Source: Candidatus Krumholzibacteriales bacterium
GTDB taxonomy: Bacteria; Krumholzibacteriota; Krumholzibacteriia; Krumholzibacteriales; WJIX01
Reading direction: 5' to 3'
DNA: 64,000 bases
NCBI GenBank assembly: GCA_046483305.1
Contig: JAWODM010000018.1
Span: 1-64,000, forward strand
Shown: piece by piece, positions 49,273 through 58,225 of the stretch
Layout: each line of letters opens with the position of its first letter
Numbering within the stretch: position 1 is the stretch's first letter
Notes under the pieces: model-generated
What the model was told of the DNA's origin: nothing
Seen by the model: only the letters and a program-made list of their open reading frames with translations
The model's database searches: none
Made by a program: the position numbers and the translations under genes

Positions 49273-51048
49273 TTAGCCCTCTGTTCTGCTCCCCGGCCTG
49301 CTCAGGTAGAATATCCCCGCAGAGCAGGCGGCGGCCGCTGAGATAAGAACCGAGCCGAGAGCCGCATGGCCCAGTATGAGTTTCCCTGTCCCTACCAGGG
49401 CGCCGTTTATGGCGGCTATCCCCAGTATAATCTTAATTGCGGTATGCCTGGTACCGGCCGGATAGGTGAATTCCGGAACCCTGTCCCTGACCTTTTTCCA
49501 TCCAGCTCCCTGCGGTTTCACCCTGAGAAAGAATTCCTCCAGCTTCTTCTCCTTCACCGGCCTGGTCAGCAGGGTTACCGTAACCCAGACCGGAATCGAT
49601 ACCGCCACGGTCATGGCGGTGGAATAGGGGAACCTCAGCAGGGGGCTTCCGGCGGCCCAATCCACTCCCTCCAGAGCCAGAAAAACCATGGTACAGATCA
49701 GGGCCGTGGCCATCGCCGAAATTTCGGACCATGCGTTAACCCTCCACCAGTACCACCGGGCGATATAGACCGAGCCGATACCGGCCGTAACCGAAATGAT
49801 GAACTTCCACGCGAAGGATATATCCTCTATGAGAAAGGATATCAGAGCGCCGCAAACCGCGGTAATCGCTATCACCGCCCTGGCGGCAGCCACATATCTC
49901 CGCTCGGACTTTCCTCTCCAGACAAACCTCTTCAGCAGATCGTTAACTATCAAAGAAGATCCCCAATTCAGCTGGGTATCAACCGTGGACATGAAAGCGG
50001 CGAAAAAGGAGGCGACCACCACTCCGAATACCCCCGCCGGGAGATATGACCTCATCATCAGTGGATAATAGGTCTCCGGGTCATCCACCGCTCCGAAAAT
50101 CGCCATTCCGCAGAGCCCAACCACAATCCACGGCCAGGGCCTGAGGCATATATGAGCAATACTGAACCACATATAGCCCAGGGCCGAGTGCCTCTCGTCC
50201 CTGGCTGCGAATATCCTCTGAGCCAGGTACCCTCCCCCGTCGATGGTGTAAGATGCCCACCAGACCACCAGGATCAGTATGAGAAACTCCATGAAGGGCC
50301 CCGACTGGGATATCTCCGGTATTATTCTCAGCACCTTCGCCGGGTCGAACCCCCCCGAGGCCAGTTTGTCCTTCAGCCCGTCTATTCCACCGACCTTCAT
50401 GAACGAAACTACCGCAAGATATATAGATCCCCCCATGGCGAAGGCAAACTGCAGCAGATCGGTCATCACCACTCCCCACAGGCCGGAGAGAACAGTATAT
50501 CCAACCGCCACCGTCAGAAGGACGATAACCACCCATACCTCCGCGCTTATACCCATCACAGCGGCGCTCTCCTCCCATCCCATTACCGTAACTACCACCT
50601 TCGACATAGCCTTCATCACCCAGGCCACCACCAGCACATTCTGGAAGAAACCGAACCATATCGAGCGGTAACACCTCAGTCCGGCCGCCACCCTGCCGTC
50701 ATACCTCAGTTCTATAAGCTCCGCGTCGGTGGTTATTCCTGCCCTCTTCCAGAGCCGGGCGAACAGAAAGACGGTCAGCACTCCTCCTATCCCCCACTGC
50801 CACCACAGCCAGTTCTCGAATATACCCCCCCTGGCCACCAGCCCGGATACCACCAGAGGTGTGTCTGCGGCGAAAGTAGTCGCAACCATGGAGGTTCCGA
50901 CTATCCACCAGGGAAGATTCCTCCCTGATACAAAGAACTGCTCGGTATTCCTCGAAGCCCTGGAAGAAAGAAGCGCTCCCGCGATAAAAGTTATTATCAT
51001 ATATATGATTATAACGGCCAGATCTATTCCGGACAGCGCCCCGGCCAT
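49273..51048 (-). CDS. Sodium:solute symporter family protein
   Basis: FFVSGRNLPWW..GTSMVATTFAADTPL, GVVMTDLLQF, GGGYLAQR, AAFMST, RWYWWRVNAWSEI. Confidence 0.95.
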   Translation of the reverse strand: MAGALSGIDLAVIIIYMIITFIAGALLSSRASRNTEQFFVSGRNLPWWIVGTSMVATTFAADTPLVVSGLVARGGIFENWLWWQWGIGGVLTVFLFARLWKRAGITTDAELIELRYDGRVAAGLRCYRSIWFGFFQNVLVVAWVMKAMSKVVVTVMGWEESAAVMGISAEVWVVIVLLTVAVGYTVLSGLWGVVMTDLLQFAFAMGGSIYLAVVSFMKVGGIDGLKDKLASGGFDPAKVLRIIPEISQSGPFMEFLILILVVWWASYTIDGGGYLAQRIFAARDERHSALGYMWFSIAHICLRPWPWIVVGLCGMAIFGAVDDPETYYPLMMRSYLPAGVFGVVVASFFAAFMSTVDTQLNWGSSLIVNDLLKRFVWRGKSERRYVAAARAVIAITAVCGALISFLIEDISFAWKFIISVTAGIGSVYIARWYWWRVNAWSEISAMATALICTMVFLALEGVDWAAGSPLLRFPYSTAMTVAVSIPVWVTVTLLTRPVKEKKLEEFFLRVKPQGAGWKKVRDRVPEFTYPAGTRHTAIKIILGIAAINGALVGTGKLILGHAALGSVLISAAAACSAGIFYLSRPGSRTEG

Positions 51049-51153
51049 AAGTCACCCCCGAATTCAAGGAAGAAACCGGCGCGGGCCGTTCGGTCCGGCG
51101 ACGGTCTCCCTGCTGTTGACCTATCCACTCTGGTATCTCTGATGACGGCGAAG

Positions 51154-51975
51154 CTAGAATGCCAGTTTGAGGCCCACTATAAATCCATACCCGGTAAGAT
51201 CAAGCGACCCCTCGTTGAGCTGGCCTTTCATGGATGAATCCATCGGACCGTAGCTGTAGTATTCCAAAGTTTCCCCTCCAACATCAGCCTCCAGGTTCTG
51301 GGCTACCAGGAATACATCCCTGCTCTCCCCGCCGCTGGTGGTTCCGGTTCCCTCAAAACCGCTTACATCCGCCCACCTGGCCTGTATCCCCACCTGGAGG
51401 GAAAGAAGCGGCAGTATGGTAAATTCAACCCCCGCGCCGCCGTGAAGGCCGAACCCGGTTGCCGAAAGATCAGCTTCGGTAAAATAGACCACTTCCGGGT
51501 CAACAGATTCGAATACATCTCCCAGGTTGGTGCCGAACTCCATTCTGGAGTGGTAAAGCCCCGCCCCGCCGTAGATATAAGGTTTCACCGGGAACAGCGG
51601 AATGGAAGGCTTGAAATAACCGGTCACCGTTACCGGATACACTCTTACCTTGTGCTCGAAATCGAGGCCGAAACCCCCGATAGAGGTTGAAAGGTCGGAG
51701 CTCGCGAATATCATCCCCGCGCCCAGCCCCACCGTGAACATCGGAGCCGGAGAGTACATTACCTCTCCCTGAATCTCAGGGACCCAGTTTATATTGTCCA
51801 TCTCGATCCCGTACTGTTCCAGCTCATAATTGGTATCATCGACGAAATCGTTGAAATCCCCGTAACTGATACGCGACAGGCCTGCGCTCACTCTCACTCC
51901 CGTATCCGCACCGGCCGCCGCGGCTGAAAACATAACAAGAAACACTAACCCTGAAATCAATGAAATTCTGCGCAT
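51154..51975 (-). CDS. Outer-membrane beta-barrel protein
   Basis: Signal peptide, amphipathic strands (PYIYGGAGLY, GFGLHGGAGVEF), terminal GLKLAF. Confidence 0.85.
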   Translation of the reverse strand: MRRISLISGLVFLVMFSAAAAGADTGVRVSAGLSRISYGDFNDFVDDTNYELEQYGIEMDNINWVPEIQGEVMYSPAPMFTVGLGAGMIFASSDLSTSIGGFGLDFEHKVRVYPVTVTGYFKPSIPLFPVKPYIYGGAGLYHSRMEFGTNLGDVFESVDPEVVYFTEADLSATGFGLHGGAGVEFTILPLLSLQVGIQARWADVSGFEGTGTTSGGESRDVFLVAQNLEADVGGETLEYYSYGPMDSSMKGQLNEGSLDLTGYGFIVGLKLAF

Positions 51976-52029
51976 CAGTCCTCCTCGGTCTTCGGGAAAA
52001 CTCTATTTCCGTTGCCCTGCTTATTTATT

Positions 52030-52689
52030 CTAATCGATTTCCTTGAGGCTGTCCACATCGTCCTGCGATCCGACTACCACAAGGGTGTCTCCCGATTCTA
52101 AAACAAAATCGGCCGGGGGTATAGATATAAATTGATCCCTGCCCCGCTCGATGCCGATAACATTAATATTGTATTCCGTTCTCAGCTTCAGGCCCGCGAT
52201 ACTCTTGCCGATGAATGTTGTGGGGGGAGCCAGCTGCGCGATTATGAAATCTTCCTTGGTAATAGGTATATATTCCAGCAGGTTAGGATGAGAGAGGTTC
52301 TTAGCGACCTTTACGGCGGTATCCTGTTCCGGAACAACCACCAGGTCAGCACCCACCTTTCTGAGTATCTTTCCGTGATCGTCCCCTTCCGCCTTGACAA
52401 TGATGTTCTTGACCCCCATTTCCGCCAGGTACATTGTTACCAGGGTGGCGGCGTCGGTATTATCGCCGAGGCTTACAATAACCGCATCCATCACTTCCAG
52501 GCCCAGGGTGTTGAGAACTTCCTTCTCCTTGGCGTCGCCTGTAACAGCCTGGGAACAGTCGGTTCTGATTTTCTGAATTATTTCCTCGTCACTGTCTATG
52601 GCCAGAACGTTATGCCCCTCGTCAAACAGGGTCTTGGCAACCGTGTAACCGAACTTACCCAGTCCTATAACAGCAAATTCCTTAGACAT
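52030..52689 (-). CDS. ktrA: KtrA/TrkA potassium uptake regulatory subunit
   Basis: FAVIGLGKFG, VLAID, HGKILRKVGAD.VVVPE, RCK_C domain. Confidence 0.9.
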   Translation of the reverse strand: MSKEFAVIGLGKFGYTVAKTLFDEGHNVLAIDSDEEIIQKIRTDCSQAVTGDAKEKEVLNTLGLEVMDAVIVSLGDNTDAATLVTMYLAEMGVKNIIVKAEGDDHGKILRKVGADLVVVPEQDTAVKVAKNLSHPNLLEYIPITKEDFIIAQLAPPTTFIGKSIAGLKLRTEYNINVIGIERGRDQFISIPPADFVLESGDTLVVVGSQDDVDSLKEID

Positions 52690-52714
52690 AACAATCCCTT
52701 TCCGGCAGAAGATT

Positions 52715-54085
52715 CTATCCTATCATTACCTTCTCTTCCGCATATTTATAAGTAACTTTCCGTTTCTTCCTGGTCAGAACGTACGCTATGGTCAGCAGCC
52801 CCACCCTCCCGATCAGCATCATGGCGATAATAACCAGCTTTCCCGCCCAGGTCATTGTTCCGGTCACTCCCATGGAAAGCCCCACCGTGGCAAAGGCGGA
52901 AACAGCTTCGAACAGGTAGGCCAGATAAAAATATTCGGTCCCTTCCGGGCTCTGAGTCAACAGAAGAAGCAGCAGCCCTGCCGAGATAGTTACAATCGCC
53001 AGAATAAATATTGAGAATACCCTCGATATAATTTCGTCCGGTATGGTCCTCCGGCCGAAAAAATTGTGCCTGAAACCTTTGATTCTGCTCTTGACTATCC
53101 CGGCGAAAACAGCCAGGGCGGTGGTCTTTATCCCCCCCCCGCAAGAGCCGGGGCTTGCTCCCACGAACATCAGCATTATCATGATCATCAGGGCGGCCGG
53201 TTTCAGCGACTGGATATCTATGGTGTTGAAACCGGCTGTCCGCGCGGTAATCGACTGAAAGAAAGAAGAAAGCACCTTTTCCTTCAGCGACATGTACTTA
53301 AAAGCGGCCCCTCCTTCAAAAATGAACAGTATAACCGCTCCCGACAGAATCAGGACAACGGTGAATATCAGCACCATTCTGGTGTGAAGCGACATCAATC
53401 TCCTGGCCCCTTTTCTTCTGAGCCTTATCTTTTCGGTTATCTCGTAAATGACGGGGAACCCGATACCCCCGATGACTATCAGAAGCATTACAGCCGTGTT
53501 AAGGGCCGTATTCTCACGGTAAGCCATAAAGCTGGTACTGAAAAATGAAAAACCGGCGTTACAGAAAGCCGATACCGAATGGAATACTCCGGTGAATACC
53601 GCCTCTGCCACCGGCATGCCGCCGCTGTTGATAAAAACAAGAGAGAGCACAATCGCCCCCGCGGCTTCCAGCGCGAAGGTAAAGGTAAATATAAGTTTCA
53701 GCAGATTTTTAATATCCCCGGTGGGCGCCGCCGTAAAGGTATCATTAATAATCCATCGCTCCCTGGTCCCGATCTTTCTGCCAACAAACAGGAACAGGAA
53801 TACCGAGAAGGTCATGACCCCGAGGCCGCCCATCTGGATCAGTATCAGGATAACCGTCTTGCCGAACATGCTGAACTGCGAGCCGGTGTCAACTACTATC
53901 AGTCCGGTAACGCATATCGCCGAGGTGGATGTAAAGAGCGCGTCCAGAAGCCCCACCGGCTCTCCCGTGGAAGCCTGCGGAAGACTGAGCAGCAGCATCC
54001 CTGTCAGGGCGGCTGAAAGGTAACTAAATATCACCAGCGAAGCCGGATTGACCCGTTTCAGTAATCTGTCATACGATTCAAACAT
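52715..54085 (-). CDS. ktrB: KtrB/TrkH potassium uptake channel
   Basis: Four filter loops (SAICVTGL, SAFCNAGF, RTAGFN, SAFATVGLS) and PGSCGGGIKTT. Confidence 0.92.
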   Translation of the reverse strand: MFESYDRLLKRVNPASLVIFSYLSAALTGMLLLSLPQASTGEPVGLLDALFTSTSAICVTGLIVVDTGSQFSMFGKTVILILIQMGGLGVMTFSVFLFLFVGRKIGTRERWIINDTFTAAPTGDIKNLLKLIFTFTFALEAAGAIVLSLVFINSGGMPVAEAVFTGVFHSVSAFCNAGFSFFSTSFMAYRENTALNTAVMLLIVIGGIGFPVIYEITEKIRLRRKGARRLMSLHTRMVLIFTVVLILSGAVILFIFEGGAAFKYMSLKEKVLSSFFQSITARTAGFNTIDIQSLKPAALMIMIMLMFVGASPGSCGGGIKTTALAVFAGIVKSRIKGFRHNFFGRRTIPDEIISRVFSIFILAIVTISAGLLLLLLTQSPEGTEYFYLAYLFEAVSAFATVGLSMGVTGTMTWAGKLVIIAMMLIGRVGLLTIAYVLTRKKRKVTYKYAEEKVMIG

Positions 54086-54199
54086 TGACCTTTACCCCGC
54101 CTGGGCCCGCCCAGACTGACGGCAGGCGGCAACTGAATCCTTTCTGCCGCAGATTTGGCCGGAATCTGCTGAGCATTATTGCATAACTCTCAGCTGCTG

Positions 54200-54228
54200 A
54201 TATTAAGGCTGCCGATAAAAGAATTCAA
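54200..54228 (-). promoter_or_regulatory. Putative sigma70 promoter for ktrBA
   Basis: TTGAAT-17 nt-TAATAT, followed by a ~110-nt structured leader. Confidence 0.5.
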
Positions 54229-54332
54229 ATAAAATCCGGTCAATATCAATAAAATTAATTACAAAATCTACGCGATATGTTTTAATATGAAATCCGATGT
54301 TTTCATAACCAGGTAATAGAGGCATACAAACC

Positions 54333-54515
54333 ATGGATGAAGAAGCAGAGGTAAAATGGTGCGATCCGAATTGCCCTTACGCCGAATTTCCGGACCGGGA
54401 GAACCTGGACGGGGCCTGTCACACCTTTATCGCCCTGTACTGCACTAAGTACTCCAGGCTGGTGCAGAAAAGCGCTCTCTGCCTCGATTTCATGGGAAAA
54501 GACAAAAAAGAATAA
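54333..54515 (+). CDS. Small Cys-rich protein (60 aa)
   Basis: GAGG RBS, five Cys (C-x3-C...CH-x6-C...C); stop 2 nt before the next ATG. Confidence 0.7.
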   Translation: MDEEAEVKWCDPNCPYAEFPDRENLDGACHTFIALYCTKYSRLVQKSALCLDFMGKDKKE

Positions 54516-54517
54516 AT

Positions 54518-56776
54518 ATGTTGAAGAAGCCGGCGGTCAGGAAAATCGAACAGATGCTGCGTAAAGCTCTCCGGGAGGGCCGCTCCAGCCTTTTCGAGCA
54601 CGAAGTTTATGATATTCTGGACCTGGCCGGCATGGAAACACCCGCGCACTTCTTTATCAGCGGCCCGGAGGAAGCGAAAGCGGAGATAACCGGCAAGGCG
54701 GTATGCAAACTGATATCCCCCGGAATGGTTCACCGCACTGAATTCGGCGGAATAAAATTCATAGAAGCCACAGACGAGAATATAAAATCCGCTTTCAGCG
54801 AATTCTCCGGGATAGCCGGTGAGGCCGGCGTTGAATTCTCCGGGATGCTGGTCGCCGAATACCTTGAAATAGAGGAATCTATCCCCCGCCAGTTGATTCT
54901 GTCCCTGCGCCAGGACCGCTCTTTCGGCCCGGTGGTGGTCATGGGCCCGGGCGGAACCGGTACCGAAATCTACCGGGAGAATTTCAGGGAAGACAGGGGG
55001 CTTCTGCTGACAACCCCGGAAACTGTAAGGGACAGGGAAAGAATTGAAAAGCTGCTGAACAATAATGTTCTCTTTCCGATTATCGCCGGCAAAACCAGGA
55101 TATCAAAGGAGCCTCTGATAGAGCCGGATAGATTGATGGACATCCTGGCGATCTTCGCCGAACTGGCGGAAGTATTTTCCCGGTCTTCAACCCTCTCGGA
55201 ATTCACTATTGAAGAGCTGGAGGTGAATCCCCTGCAGATCAGGGACGGAAAGGCGGTGGCTCTGGATGGCCTGCTGAAGTTTTCCAGAAGCAAGCACCGG
55301 CCTGGACGCAGGAACCAGGATAATATAAAGCGGCTTCTCGCTCCCGAAAAAGTTCTGATGATTGGAGCGTCCGCCAGCAGGAAGAATATGGGGCGGCAGA
55401 TACTGAAGAACCTTTCAAGGAGCGGGGACAGGATAAAAAAGGATAACATTCTGGCGCTGCATCCGGACCCCGGAGTGAACGAGATCGAAGGAGTAAGATC
55501 GATAAGCAGCCTCGGGGAAATCGAGGGTAAAGTGGACCTGGCCGTGATAACCGTGCCGGCGTCTGATATCCTGGTGGAGATGATAGAGAAGATCATCCGC
55601 CAGGAACTGGCATCATCGCTGATACTGATATCGGCCGGTTTTGATGAAACCGAAAAGGGGGCCGGTTACTCGGAAAGGCTCAAGAAGACCCTCAAGGAAC
55701 AGCAGGAATCATCAGATTCCTGCCCGGTAATAAACGGGCCCAACTGTATGGGCATAGTATCTGGGCCCGGAGGCTATAATACCTTCTTTCTCCCCGACTA
55801 CAAGATTTCCTATACGGGAAAGTATGGAAAGAACTCCGCTTTTATCAGCCAGAGCGGAGCTTTCGTGGTAACCATGAAGAACATCCTCACCCGGATAGAT
55901 CCCGCCTACCAGATAACGGTGGGAAACCAGATTGACCTGACGGTGACCGACCACCTGGATACCATTGGCAAAGACGAAAATATTGATACCTTCTTTCTCT
56001 ACCTGGAAGGTTTCAAGCGGCTGGGAGGCAGAAGGTTCCTGGAAACGGCGCGGCGCCTGATCGGATCGGGAAAGAAGATTGTCGCGTACAAGGCCGGCCG
56101 GACCAGCGAGGGCGCGGCGGCGGTGGCATCGCATACCGCCGCCATGGCGGGTGATTATTTTATGTTCAAAAAGCTGCTGAAACAGGAAGGCATCCTACTC
56201 GCGGAGACCCTGGATGAATTCGAAGACTGCATGAAAATATTCTCTATGCTGACCGGAGAGGTTCCCGCCGGTAACCGGGTGGGTATAATAAGCGACGCGG
56301 GGTACGAATGTTCCTCCGCCTCGGATACGCTGGGAGACCTGGACCTGGCATCTTTCAGCGAGGATACTATGGCCGGTCTTACAGAGGATCTTCCCGATAT
56401 AGTAAATGCCAGAAACCCGGTAGATTCCACTCCCGCGATCGGCACCGCCGCGTACGGCAGGTGCGTTAAAAAGATCATCAACGATCCCAATACCGACTGT
56501 ATAATCATCTCCAATGTGGCATCAACCGCAACCCAGGAGAACCTCCCCCCGGGCGAAGGCCACGACGAGAATATCTACAATGAAAACTCTCATCCCAATA
56601 CCCTTATCAGACTGGTAAAGAGCACCGGAAAACCGGCGGTAATATCCATGAACGGCGGCGGTATATACGACCCGGCGGTGGAACTGATGGAAGAGGCGGG
56701 GCTCTGTGTTTTCAGAAAGATCGACCGGGCGGTACGGGCGATGGACAGGTTTGTACGATATTCAATAAGTTCTTAA
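54518..56776 (+). CDS. ADP-forming acyl-CoA synthetase (acetate--CoA ligase family), ATP-grasp domain first
   Basis: N-terminal ATP-grasp (K..SP..HRTEFGG, FGPVV, ELEVNPL), then CoA-binding (IGAS, GPNCMG) and ligase domains (SQSGA, VGNQID, ASHTAAMAG, NPVD). Confidence 0.92.
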   Translation: MLKKPAVRKIEQMLRKALREGRSSLFEHEVYDILDLAGMETPAHFFISGPEEAKAEITGKAVCKLISPGMVHRTEFGGIKFIEATDENIKSAFSEFSGIAGEAGVEFSGMLVAEYLEIEESIPRQLILSLRQDRSFGPVVVMGPGGTGTEIYRENFREDRGLLLTTPETVRDRERIEKLLNNNVLFPIIAGKTRISKEPLIEPDRLMDILAIFAELAEVFSRSSTLSEFTIEELEVNPLQIRDGKAVALDGLLKFSRSKHRPGRRNQDNIKRLLAPEKVLMIGASASRKNMGRQILKNLSRSGDRIKKDNILALHPDPGVNEIEGVRSISSLGEIEGKVDLAVITVPASDILVEMIEKIIRQELASSLILISAGFDETEKGAGYSERLKKTLKEQQESSDSCPVINGPNCMGIVSGPGGYNTFFLPDYKISYTGKYGKNSAFISQSGAFVVTMKNILTRIDPAYQITVGNQIDLTVTDHLDTIGKDENIDTFFLYLEGFKRLGGRRFLETARRLIGSGKKIVAYKAGRTSEGAAAVASHTAAMAGDYFMFKKLLKQEGILLAETLDEFEDCMKIFSMLTGEVPAGNRVGIISDAGYECSSASDTLGDLDLASFSEDTMAGLTEDLPDIVNARNPVDSTPAIGTAAYGRCVKKIINDPNTDCIIISNVASTATQENLPPGEGHDENIYNENSHPNTLIRLVKSTGKPAVISMNGGGIYDPAVELMEEAGLCVFRKIDRAVRAMDRFVRYSISS

Positions 56777-56895
56777 CAAGACCAGATACAGGCCGGAGAG
56801 AGATCCGGAGGAACTGATCCGAGGCATCAGCTCCTGAAAGTAATCAGAGAGAGAGTCCGCCCTGTATGGGTGTTCAAAAAACCTGCAGCCGTTCA

Positions 56896-56986
56896 ATCTA
56901 CTCCCGCCGGTGGGAGTAGATCTGAGCGAAAAATATCTGTTAAATCTGAAAAACCTGACAGATCCACTCCCAACGTTGGGAGTGGA
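56896..56986. repeat. Two related palindromes (REP/MITE-like)
   Basis: ATCTACTCCCGCC|GGTGGGAGTAGAT (one mismatch) and the perfect TCCACTCCCAAC|GTTGGGAGTGGA. Confidence 0.75.
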
Positions 56987-57099
56987 GAAAAGTCAGTTGA
57001 ATGTTCTCAACCTGTATCTATCACTCTTAAAACCTCCGGCCAGGGCCCGGCTATCAACCGGGAGCGGAGCGCTGAAATTCAGTATCTCTTTTTTAAACT

Positions 57100-57570
57100 T
57101 CAGGTTTTCTTCAGGGTTAACTCCCAGTACACAACTCCCGAAAGAGGGTTTTCATAGTACGGCTCTATTTTTCGAAAACCGAGAGAACGGTAGAGAGCCA
57201 TCGCTTCGGTGAGCCTGTCAAGGGTGTCCAGCCGCATCAGGGTATATCCAAGCTCTCCGGCGGCCTTGATAATTCTCCCGGCAAGCGCTCTTCCAACCCC
57301 CCTCCCCCTGGCCTCCGGCCTTACAAACAGACGCTTCATCTCGCACACATCGTCATCGAGCCTTCGAACCGCCACGCAGCCTGTCATCCTTTTTCCGTCA
57401 ATCGCTACCAGCAACTCCCCTTCCGGACGGCGGTAATCTCCGGGCAGCGAGGCCAGTTCCTCCCGGAAATTCTGGAAGCCCAGATGAACACCCAGGAATT
57501 CCCGGTATTCCCTGAACAGGACGCGCACCTCTTCTATCTCTGATTCGGTTTCAGCTCTCTTGATTATCAT
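57100..57570 (-). CDS. GNAT family N-acetyltransferase
   Basis: FREELASLPGDY, GCVAVR, CEMKRLFVRPEARGRGVG, MRLDT, LYRSLGF. Start uncertain (57615, 57582 or 57570). Confidence 0.92.
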   Translation of the reverse strand: MIIKRAETESEIEEVRVLFREYREFLGVHLGFQNFREELASLPGDYRRPEGELLVAIDGKRMTGCVAVRRLDDDVCEMKRLFVRPEARGRGVGRALAGRIIKAAGELGYTLMRLDTLDRLTEAMALYRSLGFRKIEPYYENPLSGVVYWELTLKKT

Positions 57571-58225
57571 ATATCCCAGCATCTCTCCGGCTGCCGGCCG
57601 GATAACCCCTGCCATTATTATTCAAGAATACTACTATTTTTTATCATTCCTTTACGGATATCAATGATTTAGAACCGGTTGGCGAAAATTGATCCGGTTA
57701 TTTACGGAAGCGGCAACAGGGAGGCCGATGGCAGCCCGTTCCAATCCGGTACCATACTGCATATATCAGAAACTTACTATCAGCGTCATACTTCGGCCGG
57801 CCAGCCTGATTCCGGATGAAACCAGCGGAAAGGGGCGGCTCAACCCGGGGTTTGAACCTGAGCCGAAAAGACGGCCGGGAGCCGGGATACCCCGGCTATG
57901 AAGAGATATCAGCCACCCCGGGAGGGCTGCCCGGGTTTTCCCGGATATCGGGAGATACCCTACACGAAGCGAGGCCTCTGCCGTGGGGAGAAAAAAATAG
58001 AGTCCGGTTTCCAGGATGGTTGACTGCATGGCTGCAAAAAGTTAAAGTAATAAGAGAAAAATATCATTGAAGTAATGACATTCTGATGAGAAGCAGATTG
58101 ATTCATGAGTCTCCGGGGTCCTCTGCATAACAGCCGGCGCGGCAGCGGGATTATTGATTAACCGGACTGTTCGGCTCCATGCAGCCCGGCGCGGAAAAGG
58201 AACTGAGGGCAATAAAATAACAGGT

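Noticed and set aside
54097..54194. ydaO (c-di-AMP) riboswitch upstream of ktrB or kdpF
   Set aside because: Only fragments (CTGAATCC on the wrong strand, CCGTCAG); the ordered consensus elements are missing.
56870..57212. Plus-strand ORFs 56870-57157 and 56910-57212
   Set aside because: They run through the palindrome cluster and overlap the GNAT gene antisense; no motifs.
57806..57880. TPP riboswitch (GAACCTGA...GGGA) or hammerhead (CTGA...GAAAC)
   Set aside because: Lacks the TPP CTGAGA 5' half and any thiamine gene; lacks the hammerhead CTGANGA core.
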